Made by a program: the position numbers and the translations under genes
In this document: positions 39,136 through 50,974 of the stretch, one piece after another
How positions within the stretch are numbered: position 1 is the first letter of the stretch
How the letters are laid out: every line of letters starts with the position of its first letter
Assembly: GCF_044704955.1 (NCBI RefSeq)
Contig: NC_091988.1
Location: 75,392,001 to 75,456,000 of the forward strand
Source: Pristiophorus japonicus
Lineage: Eukaryota
Direction of reading: 5' to 3'
Length of the DNA stretch: 64,000 nucleotides
The notes under the pieces: generated by a model
Databases searched by the model: none
Told to the model about the DNA's origin: nothing
Seen by the model: only the letters and a program-made list of their open reading frames with translations

Positions 39136-40819
39136 GTTTAAGGAGGGATATACTTGCATTGGAGGCAGTTCAGAGAAGGTTCACGAGGTTGAGCAGGTTG
39201 GGCTTATTCTCATTGGAGTTTAGAAGAATGAGAGGTGATCTTATTGAAACGTATAAGATTCTGAGGAAGTTTGACAGCGTAGATGCAGAGAGGATGTTTC
39301 TCCTCATGGGGGAGTCTAGAACTAGGGGGCATAGTCTTAGAATAAGGGGGTCATCCATTTAAAACGGAAATGAGGGGGAATTTCTTCTCTCAGAGGGTCG
39401 TGAATCTTTGGAATTCTCTACCCCAGAGATCAGTGGAGGTTGGGACATTGAATATCTTTAAATTGGAGATAGACAGATTTTTGAAAGATAAGGAAGTCAA
39501 GGGTAATGGGGAGAGCGCAGGAAAGTGGAGTTGAGGCCAGGAGTGGATCAGCCTGATCTCATTGAATGGCGGAGTAGGCTCAAGGGGCCAAATGGCCCAC
39601 TCCTGCTCCTATTTCTTATGTTCTTATGTTCTTCTTGGCTCAGTCTCCGTCTCCTTGCTTATTTCTACTCGGGCCATGTTCGGTGCTGTACAAATACAAG
39701 TTCTTGTTGTAATTTCCTTGCTCTGATACTGAATGACAGTAGGTTACTTCTGGCAACACATGTGCCTAACCCCCCCCATCCCCTTCCCACCCAGCTCACC
39801 AGCACTTCATTCAACCAGCATGTGAACAGGGCTGGAATCTTCCTAAAACTCAGCTTCTCTTGCACACCAGGAGAACAGCTGAGACTCTCAGCTGACAGAG
39901 ATTCCTGTTGAATGCAGAGTTCGTAAGCTGGGCAGAGCACTGGAGCAGAAAGGCATAGCTGTGTGCCTCAGCTGTGCCACACAAGTACAGTTTAATCCTC
40001 AACTTTATTGAACCTCATCCAGCCATCAGGATATTTTTCTGCATGTAGATTAAAAACAAAAAATCAAGCACAATGCGCAAATACATTAAAAGCAGCGCCT
40101 TTGTAGTTGACTCCTATGGTAATGGAAATGGTTAGTGCTATTTTTCTGATATAGACGGCTCCCTGTGATAAGCCTGAATGGTAGTAGTTGTGGGGTCTGT
40201 ACATGATACAAGGGTAGATGCTGAGAGGTTATTTCCGCTGGCTGCAGAGCCTAGAACCAGGAGTCACAGTCTCAGGATAAGGGGTAGGCCATTTAGAACT
40301 GAGATGAGGAGAAGTTTCTTCACTCAGAGGGTTATGAATCTTTGGTATTATCTCCGTCATTGAGTATATTCAAGACTGAGATTGATGGATTTTTGGGCAC
40401 TATGGGAAACAGGATCAGGTGGGAAAGTGGAGTTGATGTCGAAGTTCGGCCTGCTCCTATTTCTTAAAGCTCCATCTGCCCTCTTGGGTGGATGGTTAAG
40501 GTCCCATAGAACTTTTTGGAGAAAAGCATGGGAGTTCTCCCATTGTGTCCTGGACAACTTTAATTCCTCAGCTAACACTAAAACAGAAGATCTGTTCATT
40601 TGTCTCATTGCTGCATGTGGGAGCTTGCAGTGCACAAATTAGCTGCCGCCTTTCCCTATATTGAATAGTGATTACACTTTATGAAGTATTTCATTGGCTG
40701 GTAAGTGCTTTGGGATGTCTTGAGGTCAAAAAAATGCTATAGAAATGCAAGTTATTTCCTTATTTTCCTTTCCTAGCACAGGTGCAGTAATACAGCCCTA
40801 GCACAGACTGATGATCAAA

Positions 40820-41140
40820 AAAAGAAAGACTTGCATTTATATAGTACCTTTCACGATCACCAGACACCTCAAAGCTCTTTACAGCCAATGAAATACTTTT
40901 GGAGTGTAGTTATTGTTGTATAATGTGGGAAACACAGCAGCCAATTTGCGCAAAGCAAGCTCCCACAAACAGCAATGTGATAATGACCAGATAATCTGTT
41001 TTTTATATATTGATTGAGGGATAAATATTGGCCAGGACACCGGGGATAACTCCCCTGATCTTCTTCGAAATAGTGCAATGGTATCTTTTACATCCACCTG
41101 AGAGATTAGAAGGGGCCTAGGTTTAATGTCTTCTCTGAAT
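40820..41140 (-). mobile_element. Deu-domain SINE, partial; a tail-to-tail partial plus-strand copy lies at about 40480-40760
   Basis: Core sequence match. Confidence 0.78.
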
Positions 41141-41709
41141 TGAAGACATTCTTGGTCTAGGTGACTCAGAGATGGTAGGGCCAATCTTCGGAGTACATTG
41201 TTGTGTTGGGGAGCCTTGCCTGCATATCGCAGATGCACTGCCCACGATCTCCCAATATCCACAGGCAGAGGCCCAGCCTTCATCCACCAGTGCATCATCC
41301 CCAGGACATTACCCCACAGCCAGCAAGGAGACAATTTTTTTTAAAATAGTATTTTTTAAGCTGTTTGAAACTTTGCTTTCCCTCTGGATCATGGAAACTC
41401 AACATTCCTCCCCACCTCGTGCCCTTCAGGAAATGCTTGGCACAGCGCACTATTGGCCCATCCACTCTCACATACTTTATGGGCCAACGTGACATTCTTG
41501 AACCGCCTGAAACAATCTTGCAGCAAATTCCAGATCACTTCACTGCATTCTTAACAGTGAAGGACGGGAAATCGTATTCCATCCTTTAAAGTCGTATCTC
41601 CCACAATCGCCTCATTAGTGGGGGCAGCAGTACTGACACTAATGAGACTGTGGACCCGACAAACCCACAATCCTACTCCGACATCGTAACAACAGCCAAA
41701 CTCAGCAAG

Positions 41710-42128
41710 TGTCAGCCATGGCTCAGTGGGCGGCTCTCTCACCCGGAGTCAGAAGGTCAAGGGTTCAAGTCCCACTTCAGCGACTAGAGCGCAAAATCTA
41801 GGCTGAAATTACAGTCTAGTGCTGCACTGTTGGAGGTGCCTTCTTTCTGATGAGACAATAAAGCAAGGCCCTGTCTGCTCTCTCAGGTGGATATAAAAGA
41901 TCCCATAGCACTATTTCAAAGAAGTGAAGGGGAGTTCACCAAAATTTATCCCTCAGGCAACGTAACTAAAACAGATAATCTGGTCATTATCTCATTGCTG
42001 TTTGTGGGAGCTTGCTGTGTGCAAATTGGCTGCCATGTTTCCTATATTACAACAATGACTACACTTCAAAAGTACTACTTTGTCTCTAAAGCTGAGGTTG
42101 TGAAAGGCGCTATAGAAATGCAAGACTT
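41710..42128 (+). mobile_element. Deu-domain tRNA-SINE
   Basis: Head gtcagccatggctcagtggg...ggttcaagtccc. Confidence 0.82.
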
Positions 42129-42954
42129 GGAAATATAGCTCCGTTCCTAAATACCTGGAACTCCCTCCCTAACAGCACTGTGGGAGCATCTTCACCACAC
42201 GGACTGCAGCGGTTCAAGAAGGAGGCTCACCACCACCTTTTCAGGGGCAATTAGGGATGGGCAATAAATGCCAGCCTTGCCAGCAACACCCACATGCCGT
42301 GAAAGAATAAAAGAAAGTTCATTCTTCATTGTAGTTCACTGTATTACTGCACCTATCCGGTCTCTAATGCACTCAAATTAAGGCAATCCGACCTTCCATC
42401 CCCAGTCTGTGTTGAATTAGCTCAGCTCAGCTTGGATGGGAACACCACAATTGGTGTCGATATCACTGGGTTAGGGGGAGGGGAATCAACCAGCTCCCAC
42501 TCCTGATCGCTAATCAGTGAATCTGCTGGAAAGTGTGTGGGTAACCATTGGAATGGTATGGGACAATTTAGCCCATCGCGCCTGTGAAAGAGCTATCGAA
42601 AGAGTCCCACTAACCTGTTCTTTCCCCTTTGCCCTGAAAATACGTTTCAAGTATTTATCCAATTCCCGTTTAAAAGTTACTATTGAATCTGCTTCCTCCA
42701 CCCTTTTAGGCAGCGCGTTCCAGATCACAACAAACTGACTTCATGAAATAATTTTCCTTATCCCCCCCCCCCCCGGTTCTTTTGCCAATGATCTTAAATC
42801 TGTGACCTCTGGTTACTGGCCCTCCTGTCAGTGGAAACAATTGCTTCCCATCACAACCCCTCAGAATGTTGAACACCCCTCTTTCCTACCTTACAACAAT
42901 GACTAGATATCAAAGTACTTCATTGGCTGTAAACCGCTTTGGGACAACAACAAC

Positions 42955-43290
42955 AACTTGCAAAGTTTGTAAAGTACCGGGAGCATTATCAAACAAAATT
43001 CCACATAAGGGCGATATTTGGGCAGATGACCAAAAGCTTGCTCAAAGGGGTAGGTTATAACGAGCGTCTTAAAAGCAGAGAGAGATAGTGAGGCAGAGAG
43101 GTTGATGGAGGGAATTTCAGAGCTTCTGGCCTCGACAGCTGATGGCATGGCCACCAATGGTGGAGCCATGGAAATCAGGGGATGCTCGGGCGCGGAGGTC
43201 TCGGAGGGTTGTGGGGTTAGAGGAGATAACAGAAATAGGGAGAGGCGAGGCCATGGAGGGATTTGTAAACAAAGATGAGAATGTTCAAGT
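42955..43290 (-). mobile_element. L2-like LINE 3' fragment; related pieces at about 24600-24770, 27975-28040 and 29505-29965
   Basis: Reverse complement reads ggtggccatgccatcagctg..ctctgaaattccctcc..ttaagacgctcgttataacctac, similar to 29736-29850. Confidence 0.65.
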
Positions 43291-43995
43291 TAGTTACAAT
43301 GGTGAATAGTTGAGGGAGAGGAAGAATCATTGTACAACCATATACCTCGCACTGACTCCCTTTGTACAAAGTAATTTATTGCCGGTGAAATATCTGACTG
43401 TATAATGAGTGAGTCATGAATCGTTCATCCTACTTATTGATTATCCTACCATGTTTAACTCGGGGTACAAAGAGATTTATGTTCAATCCCAGCCACCCTT
43501 AATCGGATAAACAGGATTTGCCTGTCAGGCATTCTCAGTTTACAGAGGGCGAAGGAACAAAATTATTTCATAACCTTGCAAAAACACGCGCAAACGATGC
43601 TTTCAAGTTAATCCAGGAAATTTCCGAATAAATAATAATTTAAAAATCATATCCGCGAATGGCTGGGCGTTATATATAATTTATAAATTCTATTATATGG
43701 AGACGGTTTAACTAGGAGATAACACACACTCTGTGGGGATTTGCAACGTCGCCTGATACTCGAGAATGTTACTCCGCTGTCTGATCAATTTCAGTCCTGC
43801 TCCAATTTGCCCCCAACTCTTTCCTCCCCTTTTTAAACTGGGGGGGGGGGGGGGGTATCAAATTGACACGGGTCAATTGCACCTTGAAACTTACTCAACA
43901 ACCGCGTGCCATTAAGTTAAACCAGAACCAAAAAACATTTTCCTGTTAATAATATATATATATATATACATATTTAACAATAAGGTAAAGCTAAC

Positions 43996-44120
43996 CTGGG
44001 CTTTGTTTTAGGTTCCCAGTATCTGCAGAATATGTAATTCCCATCTTCATTGACAAAGTACGGCAGTTCCTTGTAGGGCACGCCTTGTGGAGTCGTACGT
44101 TCCTCACTTTCATCCAACAT
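43996..44120 (-). CDS. mgll: Monoglyceride lipase-like paralog A, first visible coding exon (125 nt; MLDESEERTTPQGVPYKELPYFVNEDGNYIFCRYWEPKTKP-R)
   Basis: Matches the recalled MGLL N-terminus (human [30 protein letters not shown]). ATG at 44120-44118; donor CCCAG|GTTAGC after 43996, phase 2. Confidence 0.92.
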
Positions 44121-44630
44121 TTTAACACAATAACAGCAATTCCTATCAACCGGGTGATCAAAAGGCATAGCAAGTCAAAAAGTTACATATTTGTTTGAAG
44201 AAAATCAACTTTGTAGCCATAATAACCCCGTGGAGTCGCGCCCTTTGCTACAGTGACACATCTTTCAGACCATGTGTGCAACACACGCGCCACAGAAGAC
44301 GTTTGAAATGGAAATAGAACACAGCACAGACCTTGAATCAATACACGTAACGGATCGCGAAGCAATCGCAGAACACATGGGAACTCTTCTATCGGGTTCA
44401 GGACTTGCTGCTGTGCCAGGTCGCTTATCCCGCTCGCTTCACATTTGCAATCTTGCTGCGATTTCTTTTTACATTCCCTTCTCTGTAAATTGCAGAAACC
44501 AGAGCGAGTGCCTCTGGCGGTGTGCTGATGCTGTCTCTTTTGCGAATTTGGTATTTTCTTTCGACAGAGGGAGGGACAGAGCCGGGTACAAGGAGGAGGC
44601 AGTTCTTTGTGTCAGTGTATGTACGTCCCT
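44121..44630 (-). promoter_or_regulatory. Upstream/5' region of paralog A, homologous in inverted orientation to 50270-50752
   Basis: Shared blocks, e.g. 44536-44622 vs reverse complement of 50281-50375, and 44205-44262 vs 50628-50690. Non-repetitive and relatively CpG-retaining. Regulatory role is inferred. Confidence 0.55.
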
Positions 44631-44924
44631 TACCAATGAATAAATAAGGAGACATTAACACTACACCAGCGTTGTCCAACATGTTAGCCACCGGACACAT
44701 GTGGCTAATTCGCAATCCGGATCTGACCAATAACATTTCTGATATGAAAATTAAATATAAAATAAACAAAGGACTCTGCGTTCTGCCGGTGATCTCAATA
44801 GTCCCATTCACACAAAGTATTCATGTGAAGAATTGCATTTTAACACATGATTTGTGTGAGCTCCTGGACTGGATCCAACGGGAAGTATTTGACAAGATGC
44901 TCCAGCCATGCGTGAGGGGCAGAA

Positions 44925-46825
44925 AAACGACCAACACCATCACCACCAACAACACCAACCACATTAACACCATCAACAACAACAACACAGCTACATTAAC
45001 ACCATCAACAACACTATTAACACCATCAGCAACACCAACAACAACAACACCAATAACACTCATCATAGGCAGTCCCTCGAACGGGGATGACTTGCTTCCA
45101 CGAGTTCACAAGTGTTTCAATGAAGGACCCGATGTTCCAGTCCAGAACTCCAATTGAGGGGGTGGAAGATGCTTGAGTGTGAATTGTTTTAACGTGTGGT
45201 GGCCGTCGCACACCAGCCACGACACGGGCTTGACAGAGCTAGGTTTTGGTCCATTGGCAAGGATTACCCAAGACGACTAGAGACCTGCTGTGCTGCATGG
45301 ACCTAGTGCGCACACATATCGCAGTGTGGGCTGGCCCGTGCTGCCCCTGGGCCCTCGGCTCTTCTGGGCCCCGAACTCTCATCTGTCGCAACTCCGCCAT
45401 GATCTCTCACTGCTCCTCTGCCATAAACAATAACACTAACACCAACAACACTAACACCAATAACATCACCAACAAAAGGAACAACAACAACATTAACACC
45501 AACAACACTAACACCAATAACACCACCAACAAAAGGAACAACAACAACATTAACACCAACAACACTAACACCAATAACATCACCAACAAAAGGAACAACA
45601 ACAACATTAACACCAACAACACTAACACCAATAACACCACCAACAAAAGGAACAACAACAACACTAACACCAACAACACTAACACCAATAACATCACCAA
45701 CAAAAGGAACAACAACAACATTAACACCAACAACACTAACACCAATAACACCACCAACAAAAGGAACAACAACAACACCACCAACAACGACAACACCAAA
45801 AATAACACTAACAACAAGAAAAACAAAAACACCAACAATAAAAACAACAAAAACACCGACAACAACAACACCAGCAACAACAACAAAACCAACAACAAAA
45901 CCAACAACAGCACCAACTCCAACAATACCACCAACAACACCAACAATAGCAACAATGCGAACAACAACACCAACAACGACAACAAAACCAACAACAACAC
46001 CAATAACGCCAACAACAACACCAATAACAAGAAAAACAAAAACAACACCAACAACAAAAACACCGACAACAACTTCAGCACCAACAATACCACCAACAAC
46101 ACCAACAACAGCAACAATATCAACAATACCACCAACAACACCAACAACAACAATACAAACACCACCACCAATAACACCAACAATATCCACAACACCAACA
46201 ACCTCAACAGCAACACCAACAACTCCAACAGCACCAATAACAGCAACACCAACAAAACAACACCACCAACAACACCAACAACAAAAACAACAACAACACC
46301 GACAACAACAACATCAACAGCAGCAACAGCAGCAACAACAACACCAACACCATCACCAACAACAACAACAGCTCCACCAACAACACCAACACCAACAACT
46401 ACACCAACAACACCAACACCAGCAACAACACTACCAACCACAACACCAACACCACCACCAACAACAACAAAACCACCACCACCAACAACACCAACAGCAA
46501 CAGCAACACCAACACCACCATCACAACCCCAAAGACACCAACAATTACAACACCAACAAAACCAACACCAACTACACCAACACCAACAATTTCATAACCA
46601 AGAACTACAACATCAACAACTACAACAACACTAACTACAATAACACCAACACTAACAACTACAACAATACCAACAACGCCAATAACAACACCAACAACTA
46701 AAGCAACACCAACAACAATAACACCAACACCACCACCAACTACAACACCAACAGCACCAATGACACCAACAACACCAACAACACCAACAACAACACCAAC
46801 AACACCAAAAACAACACCAACAACA
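44925..46825. repeat. Large (AAC/ACC)n compound microsatellite with a 57-bp unit block (about 45430-45780), interrupted by an RTE-like element at 45060-45425
   Basis: AAAAGGA recurs every 57 bp (45474, 45531, 45588...). The plus strand is almost only A and C. Confidence 0.95.
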
Positions 46826-48235
46826 GGCTCCTCTTCCTCATCTTCCTCCTTCTTTTCCTCCTCCCCCCCTCTCTCCTGTTGTCGTCCTGCAATCCCCATT
46901 GGCAAATCCTGTCCCATCATGATGACTAAGTTGTGTAGCATGCAGCACATCACAATTAACTCAGAGACTTGCTGACAGGAGTATTGCAGGCAGCCTCCAG
47001 AGTGGTTCAGGCATTGGAAGTGCTGCTTGAGCACTCTAATTGTCTGTTCGACGATGTTGCGTGTGGCTGCATGGCTCTCATTATAGCGATGCTCATTGTA
47101 GCTGGAACATGTGTGAGACACTGCTCTCACGCAAGATGAAAGCATCATGGATGGTCCCTGGATATTGGGCATTGACTGCCATGATGCGGTGAGTATGGTC
47201 GCAGATGATCTGTACGTTCATGGAGTGGAATCCCTTTCGGTTTCGGTAAACCTCTGGATTCTGAAAAGGTGCTTGCAGAGCAATGTGCATTCATTCAAGG
47301 GCACCCTGAACCTTGGGGAAGCCAGCAAATCATCCAAAACCTACAGCCCTCTCATTTTGGGTCTCCTTGGTCATTGGGAAGTTTATGAAGTCCATCCTGC
47401 GTCCATACAGTGCAGTAGTCACCTGGCGAATGCAGCAATGTGTAGAGTGCTGCAAGATGGAGCATATGTCTGCCGCTGATGTCTGAAAGTGCCGGAGGCA
47501 TAGAAGACAAGTACCGCTATCACCTTCACCTCGACGGGCAGTGCAGTCCTGTTGCCGCTGGTAGGCTGTAGGTCTGGTTGTATGAGCTGGCATATCTCTG
47601 TGACCACCTCTTTTCGGAAGCGCAGCCTTCTACCGCACTGTGCCTCAGAGAGCTGTAGGTATGAGCGATGTTCCCTGTAAACTCGTGGGGGGTAAGCCCT
47701 CCACCCCATACATCTGTGACCTCTTCAATTATGTTGAAAATGATCATCACTAAGCCTTCTTCCAGCTCGACGCCGTATAAATTTAGCAGCCATGATTAAT
47801 GGCTGACATAGCATGACCCCATCTTTTAAAATGTCCTTAAATGTCCTTTAAAACAAAGTAAACTCACATAAACTTCACAATCAAAAGTATGCAGTAACGC
47901 AGTGTTCTTCTCCCAATGCTTTTAATCACTCAGAACTCCGACTTTCTCCTCCATTTTCAAGGCGGCGCCATTAGCGCCTGGTGCATGCTGGGTCTGACTG
48001 CTTTTTGCTGGCGGGTTCCCGGGCGGACGCTAAATCAGGCAATATGCTCAACCGTTCCGCCCGGGGCGCTAGCACAGCGATGCATGATGGTCAAAACAGC
48101 AGCCCCACTGCAAAACCACTGGCGAAAATTCCGTCCATACATAAAATCGTGTGCGTCTCGTTTCACACCAAAAAATTGTTTTTGCAACCCGCCCAGACAT
48201 TAAAAGGGGCGCACATCATCTGAAAATCCAGCCCC
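46826..48235 (-). mobile_element. Harbinger transposon remnant with HARBI1-like DDE transposase pseudogene
   Basis: RRLRFRKEVVTEIC, FYASGTF, YRNRKGFHSMNVQIICD, YPGTIHDAFIL, YNESHAATRNIVEQTI..LK..F.CL, CCMLHNL. Frameshifted, with the GDxGY segment deleted. Probable TIR GAAAATCCAGCCCC at 48222-48235. Confidence 0.9.
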
Positions 48236-48877
48236 AAGAGTGGAGTGGAGCACTAAAGGAAGCGTTCCACACTTCTCTTAGGGTGCCACACTACCGCGGG
48301 ACGCTAACGAAGTTCTGGCGCTGTAATACCAGCATCCTGGTGCTTAAAGGGGAAGTTAGCTGGAGCACCTGAACACTGAGAAACAAATGCAAGGGAGCTA
48401 ATTTGAACATCAAGAAGAGCGTTAGACAGTAAAGAAAGTGAAATCAATGGAAATAAAGTGCAAGCAAGTGCAAGTTCCTTAACTGATAAAGATCCAACTG
48501 CTCATCCCTTTAATTAGCGCCCTGAGAACTTCTCTGACAGCTGTGAATGCCTGCTTTTTCTGCCGCGATTAGCGCCAGGCGGTAAGGCAGGCGATCTCAT
48601 TGAAGTTCATGTCCGGGGTACTAATGGGGCATTGCACAGTGACTGATGTCAGCAAGTGGGTGGCACTAGAGGGCACAGCCACACCTGCACTCAGTTTGCG
48701 GGAGACGCTGTTAGCACGGCGCCCGGCAGGTAAGCACTTAGCGATGCATTAGCGCCCCTCTCGGACACTAAAGACTGGCGCTATTCAATTGAATTTATCG
48801 CCCAAAATTGTCTTTCTTTTCTTTAGAAGATGACTTGCCCATTTCTCTCTGCATAAGGCCAAATTAACACTTGACAA

Positions 48878-49432
48878 TCAAAAGAACACTTGCACACTCT
48901 GCTTCTCATCTCACTTTTTTACCAACAGAAAGGTTAAAGTTCACATGCATGTCCTGTGCAAACAGGAATATTGAGATTATGTGTCCAATGGGAGCTTCTA
49001 TTACTAATTTTAAATATTTATTAATCAGATATGCAATTAACCACATCTGGATTTCCACCAGTCTCTGGCTCTGACGGTGGAGTATGTTTTGTCTAGCCCA
49101 GTGCTGTCCAGTAGAAACCATTGAGTGGCCACAGCTGTGGGTGACACTGTTTTAGCCAGTGGAAAAAGCCTCACATCCAATACAGGTAAATGTACTTGAC
49201 TTAACAAACATCTTCCACCATTCAGTAACCAAGGAAGTGAAGCACGCACAACGATCAAAAAAACACTTGCACACTCTGCTTCTCATCTCACTTTTTTACC
49301 AACAGAAAGGTTAAAGTTCACATGCATGTCCTGTGCAAACAGGAATATTGAGATTATGTGTCCAATGAGAGTGTCTATTACTAATTTTAAATATCTATTA
49401 ATCAGATATGCAATTAACCACATCTGGATTTT
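48878..49432. repeat. Local direct duplication of about 177 bp (48878-49054 and 49255-49432)
   Basis: Near-identical aacacttgcacactctgcttctc...ccacatctggattt blocks. Confidence 0.92.
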
Positions 49433-49505
49433 CAATTAGCCAAATCTGGATTCCCAATTATCTACATCTGGATTCCTAATTAACCTCACTAAAAGGGGGC
49501 ACTTG

Positions 49506-50152
49506 TCGTCCGGAGGAGGCAGGAGTCCCCAGGGAGTACTCTCTATGCAGGAATCCTCCCTTTATTTATTGGGGACTTGGCCAGTAGGGTGAGGGTTAGG
49601 GTTACGGTTAGGGTTAGGGTCCCGTGCAATCGTTTTTTAAGTCGGTTCACGGACTCCCAGGCCGTCTGTAATTTTTGTGGTCTGGAAGAGTCCGTGTTCC
49701 ATGTTTATGCGGAGTGTGTCAGGTTTCAGCCCCTGTTCCATTATTTGAAGGGGCTGCTCCTCAAATTCTGGTTGCACTTCAGTCCCATGCTCCTGATCTT
49801 TGGGCATCCTGTGCGGAGCGGAGTGGGCAGGTCGGAAGGCCCCCTCATCGGCCTGCTCCTGGGCATGGCCAAGGGGGCCATTAACCGGTCCAGGCAGCGG
49901 GCGGTCGAGGGGGTATTCAGCCTGACTGCCTGCCTCTCTTTCGTGATTACGTTCGAGCTGGGGCATCCCTGGTGAGAGACTGGAGTGCATCATCAGCCCC
50001 ACCAACCAAATTTTAATTTGAAACATTAATGTAAAAAGTTAATTTGTTTTAATTTGTCGGTTTTAGTGCCCCTTTATTGTTTTACCCCAAAAATAATTGT
50101 GGAGCTGTTGCACTGAGTGGCTTAGCCAGTCACATGATGTTCACAAGATTTC
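49506..50152 (+). mobile_element. Tx1/L1-clade LINE 3' fragment (ORF2 C-terminal zinc knuckle) containing a telomere-like insert
   Basis: CNFCGLEESVFHVYAEC (CCHC). Flanking direct repeat AAAAGGGGGCACTTG at 49491-49505 and 50153-50167. Confidence 0.75.
49585..49620 (+). repeat. Short interstitial telomeric-like repeat, about 6 units of TTAGGG with variants
   Basis: TAGGG TGAGGG TTAGGG TTACGG TTAGGG TTAGGG T. Confidence 0.85.
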
Positions 50153-50269
50153 AAAAGGGGGCACTTGATTTAAAGTTATGCTCAAAATAGTTGTGACTGG
50201 GGCGAATGTATTGGATTCATCAGTGTAGTGTGTAATGTGTCCTTATTTATTCAAGGTTTAAGGGGACGA

Positions 50270-50752
50270 AAGCTGGCGTGTGTACATACATGAGCACAAA
50301 GTGCTGCCTTCTCCTTGTACCCGGGTCTGTCTCTCTCCCTCTTTCTGAAACAAAATACCAAATTAGCAAAGGAGGCAGTCGCTCTGGTTTCATACTCTGC
50401 AATTCTGAGTGAGAGGGAAGGGAGCGTATTTTTTAAAGACCGTCTTAACAGGCTTTTAGGAGGTTTGTGGGCAAGTGAGGGTGAAGGGACTTGAAACAAA
50501 AAGCAGGCGCGTCTTGATATCGCAATAAGAATTCCCGTGTGTTATCTGATTGTTTCGCGATCCGTTGCGTGTAATAATTTGAGGTTGGTGCTGTGTTCTG
50601 TGGCGTGTGTTTCACACATGGATTGTGATGTGTCACCGGAGCAAAGGGCGTGACTCCATGGAGAGTTATTATGGCTACAATGTTTCTTAATCGTTCAAAG
50701 AAAGAAGGGCGATGTAACTCGTCGACTTGTTCTGTCTCCCTCTTTTAACAAG
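50270..50752 (+). promoter_or_regulatory. Upstream/5' region of paralog B, inverted homolog of 44121-44630
   Basis: Same shared blocks (ctccttgtacccgg.tctgtc.ctccct; gcaaagggcg.gactcca.gg; ttattatggctacaa). Confidence 0.55.
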
Positions 50753-50919
50753 ATGTATGCTGAATCACTCTGTTGCTATTGGTGTTGCCTTGGGAATTCG
50801 CAGGAACCGGATGACCGGGTGACTCCTCAAGGCGTGTTTTACAGGGACCTGCCGCATTTAATCAACGCAGATGGGAATTACTTATTTTGCAGATATTGGA
50901 TGCCAAAAAGCCAGCCCAG
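50753..50919 (+). CDS. mgll: MGLL-like paralog B, first coding exon (MYAESLCCYWCCLGNSQEPDDRVTPQGVFYRDLPHLINADGNYLFCRYWMPKSQP-R); downstream exons not seen in window
   Basis: TPQ..Y.DLPHL.NADG.YLFCRYW motif. Same donor CCCAG|GTTAGCTTTACCTTAT as paralog A. A pyrimidine tract and AG lie directly before the ATG. Function unproven because only one exon is visible. Confidence 0.8.
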
Positions 50920-50974
50920 GTTAGCTTTACCTTATATAAATAAAGATATATATAAAAACAGAAAAAGACCTGCT

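Noticed and set aside
39800-39939. Cassette exon of MGLL-A (good acceptor and GTGAGC donor on the minus strand)
   Set aside because: The 140-nt form shifts frame, the 105-nt form has an in-frame stop, and neither resembles a lipase.
45246-47172. Long Asn/Thr-rich, Val/Gly-rich or Leu-rich ORFs as real genes (mucin-like or antifreeze-like)
   Set aside because: They are open in several frames on both strands because the AAC repeat lacks stops, and they start inside TE sequence.
46826-47820. Domesticated host gene HARBI1
   Set aside because: Multiple frameshifts, a deleted catalytic segment and a nearby TIR-like end indicate a dead transposon copy.
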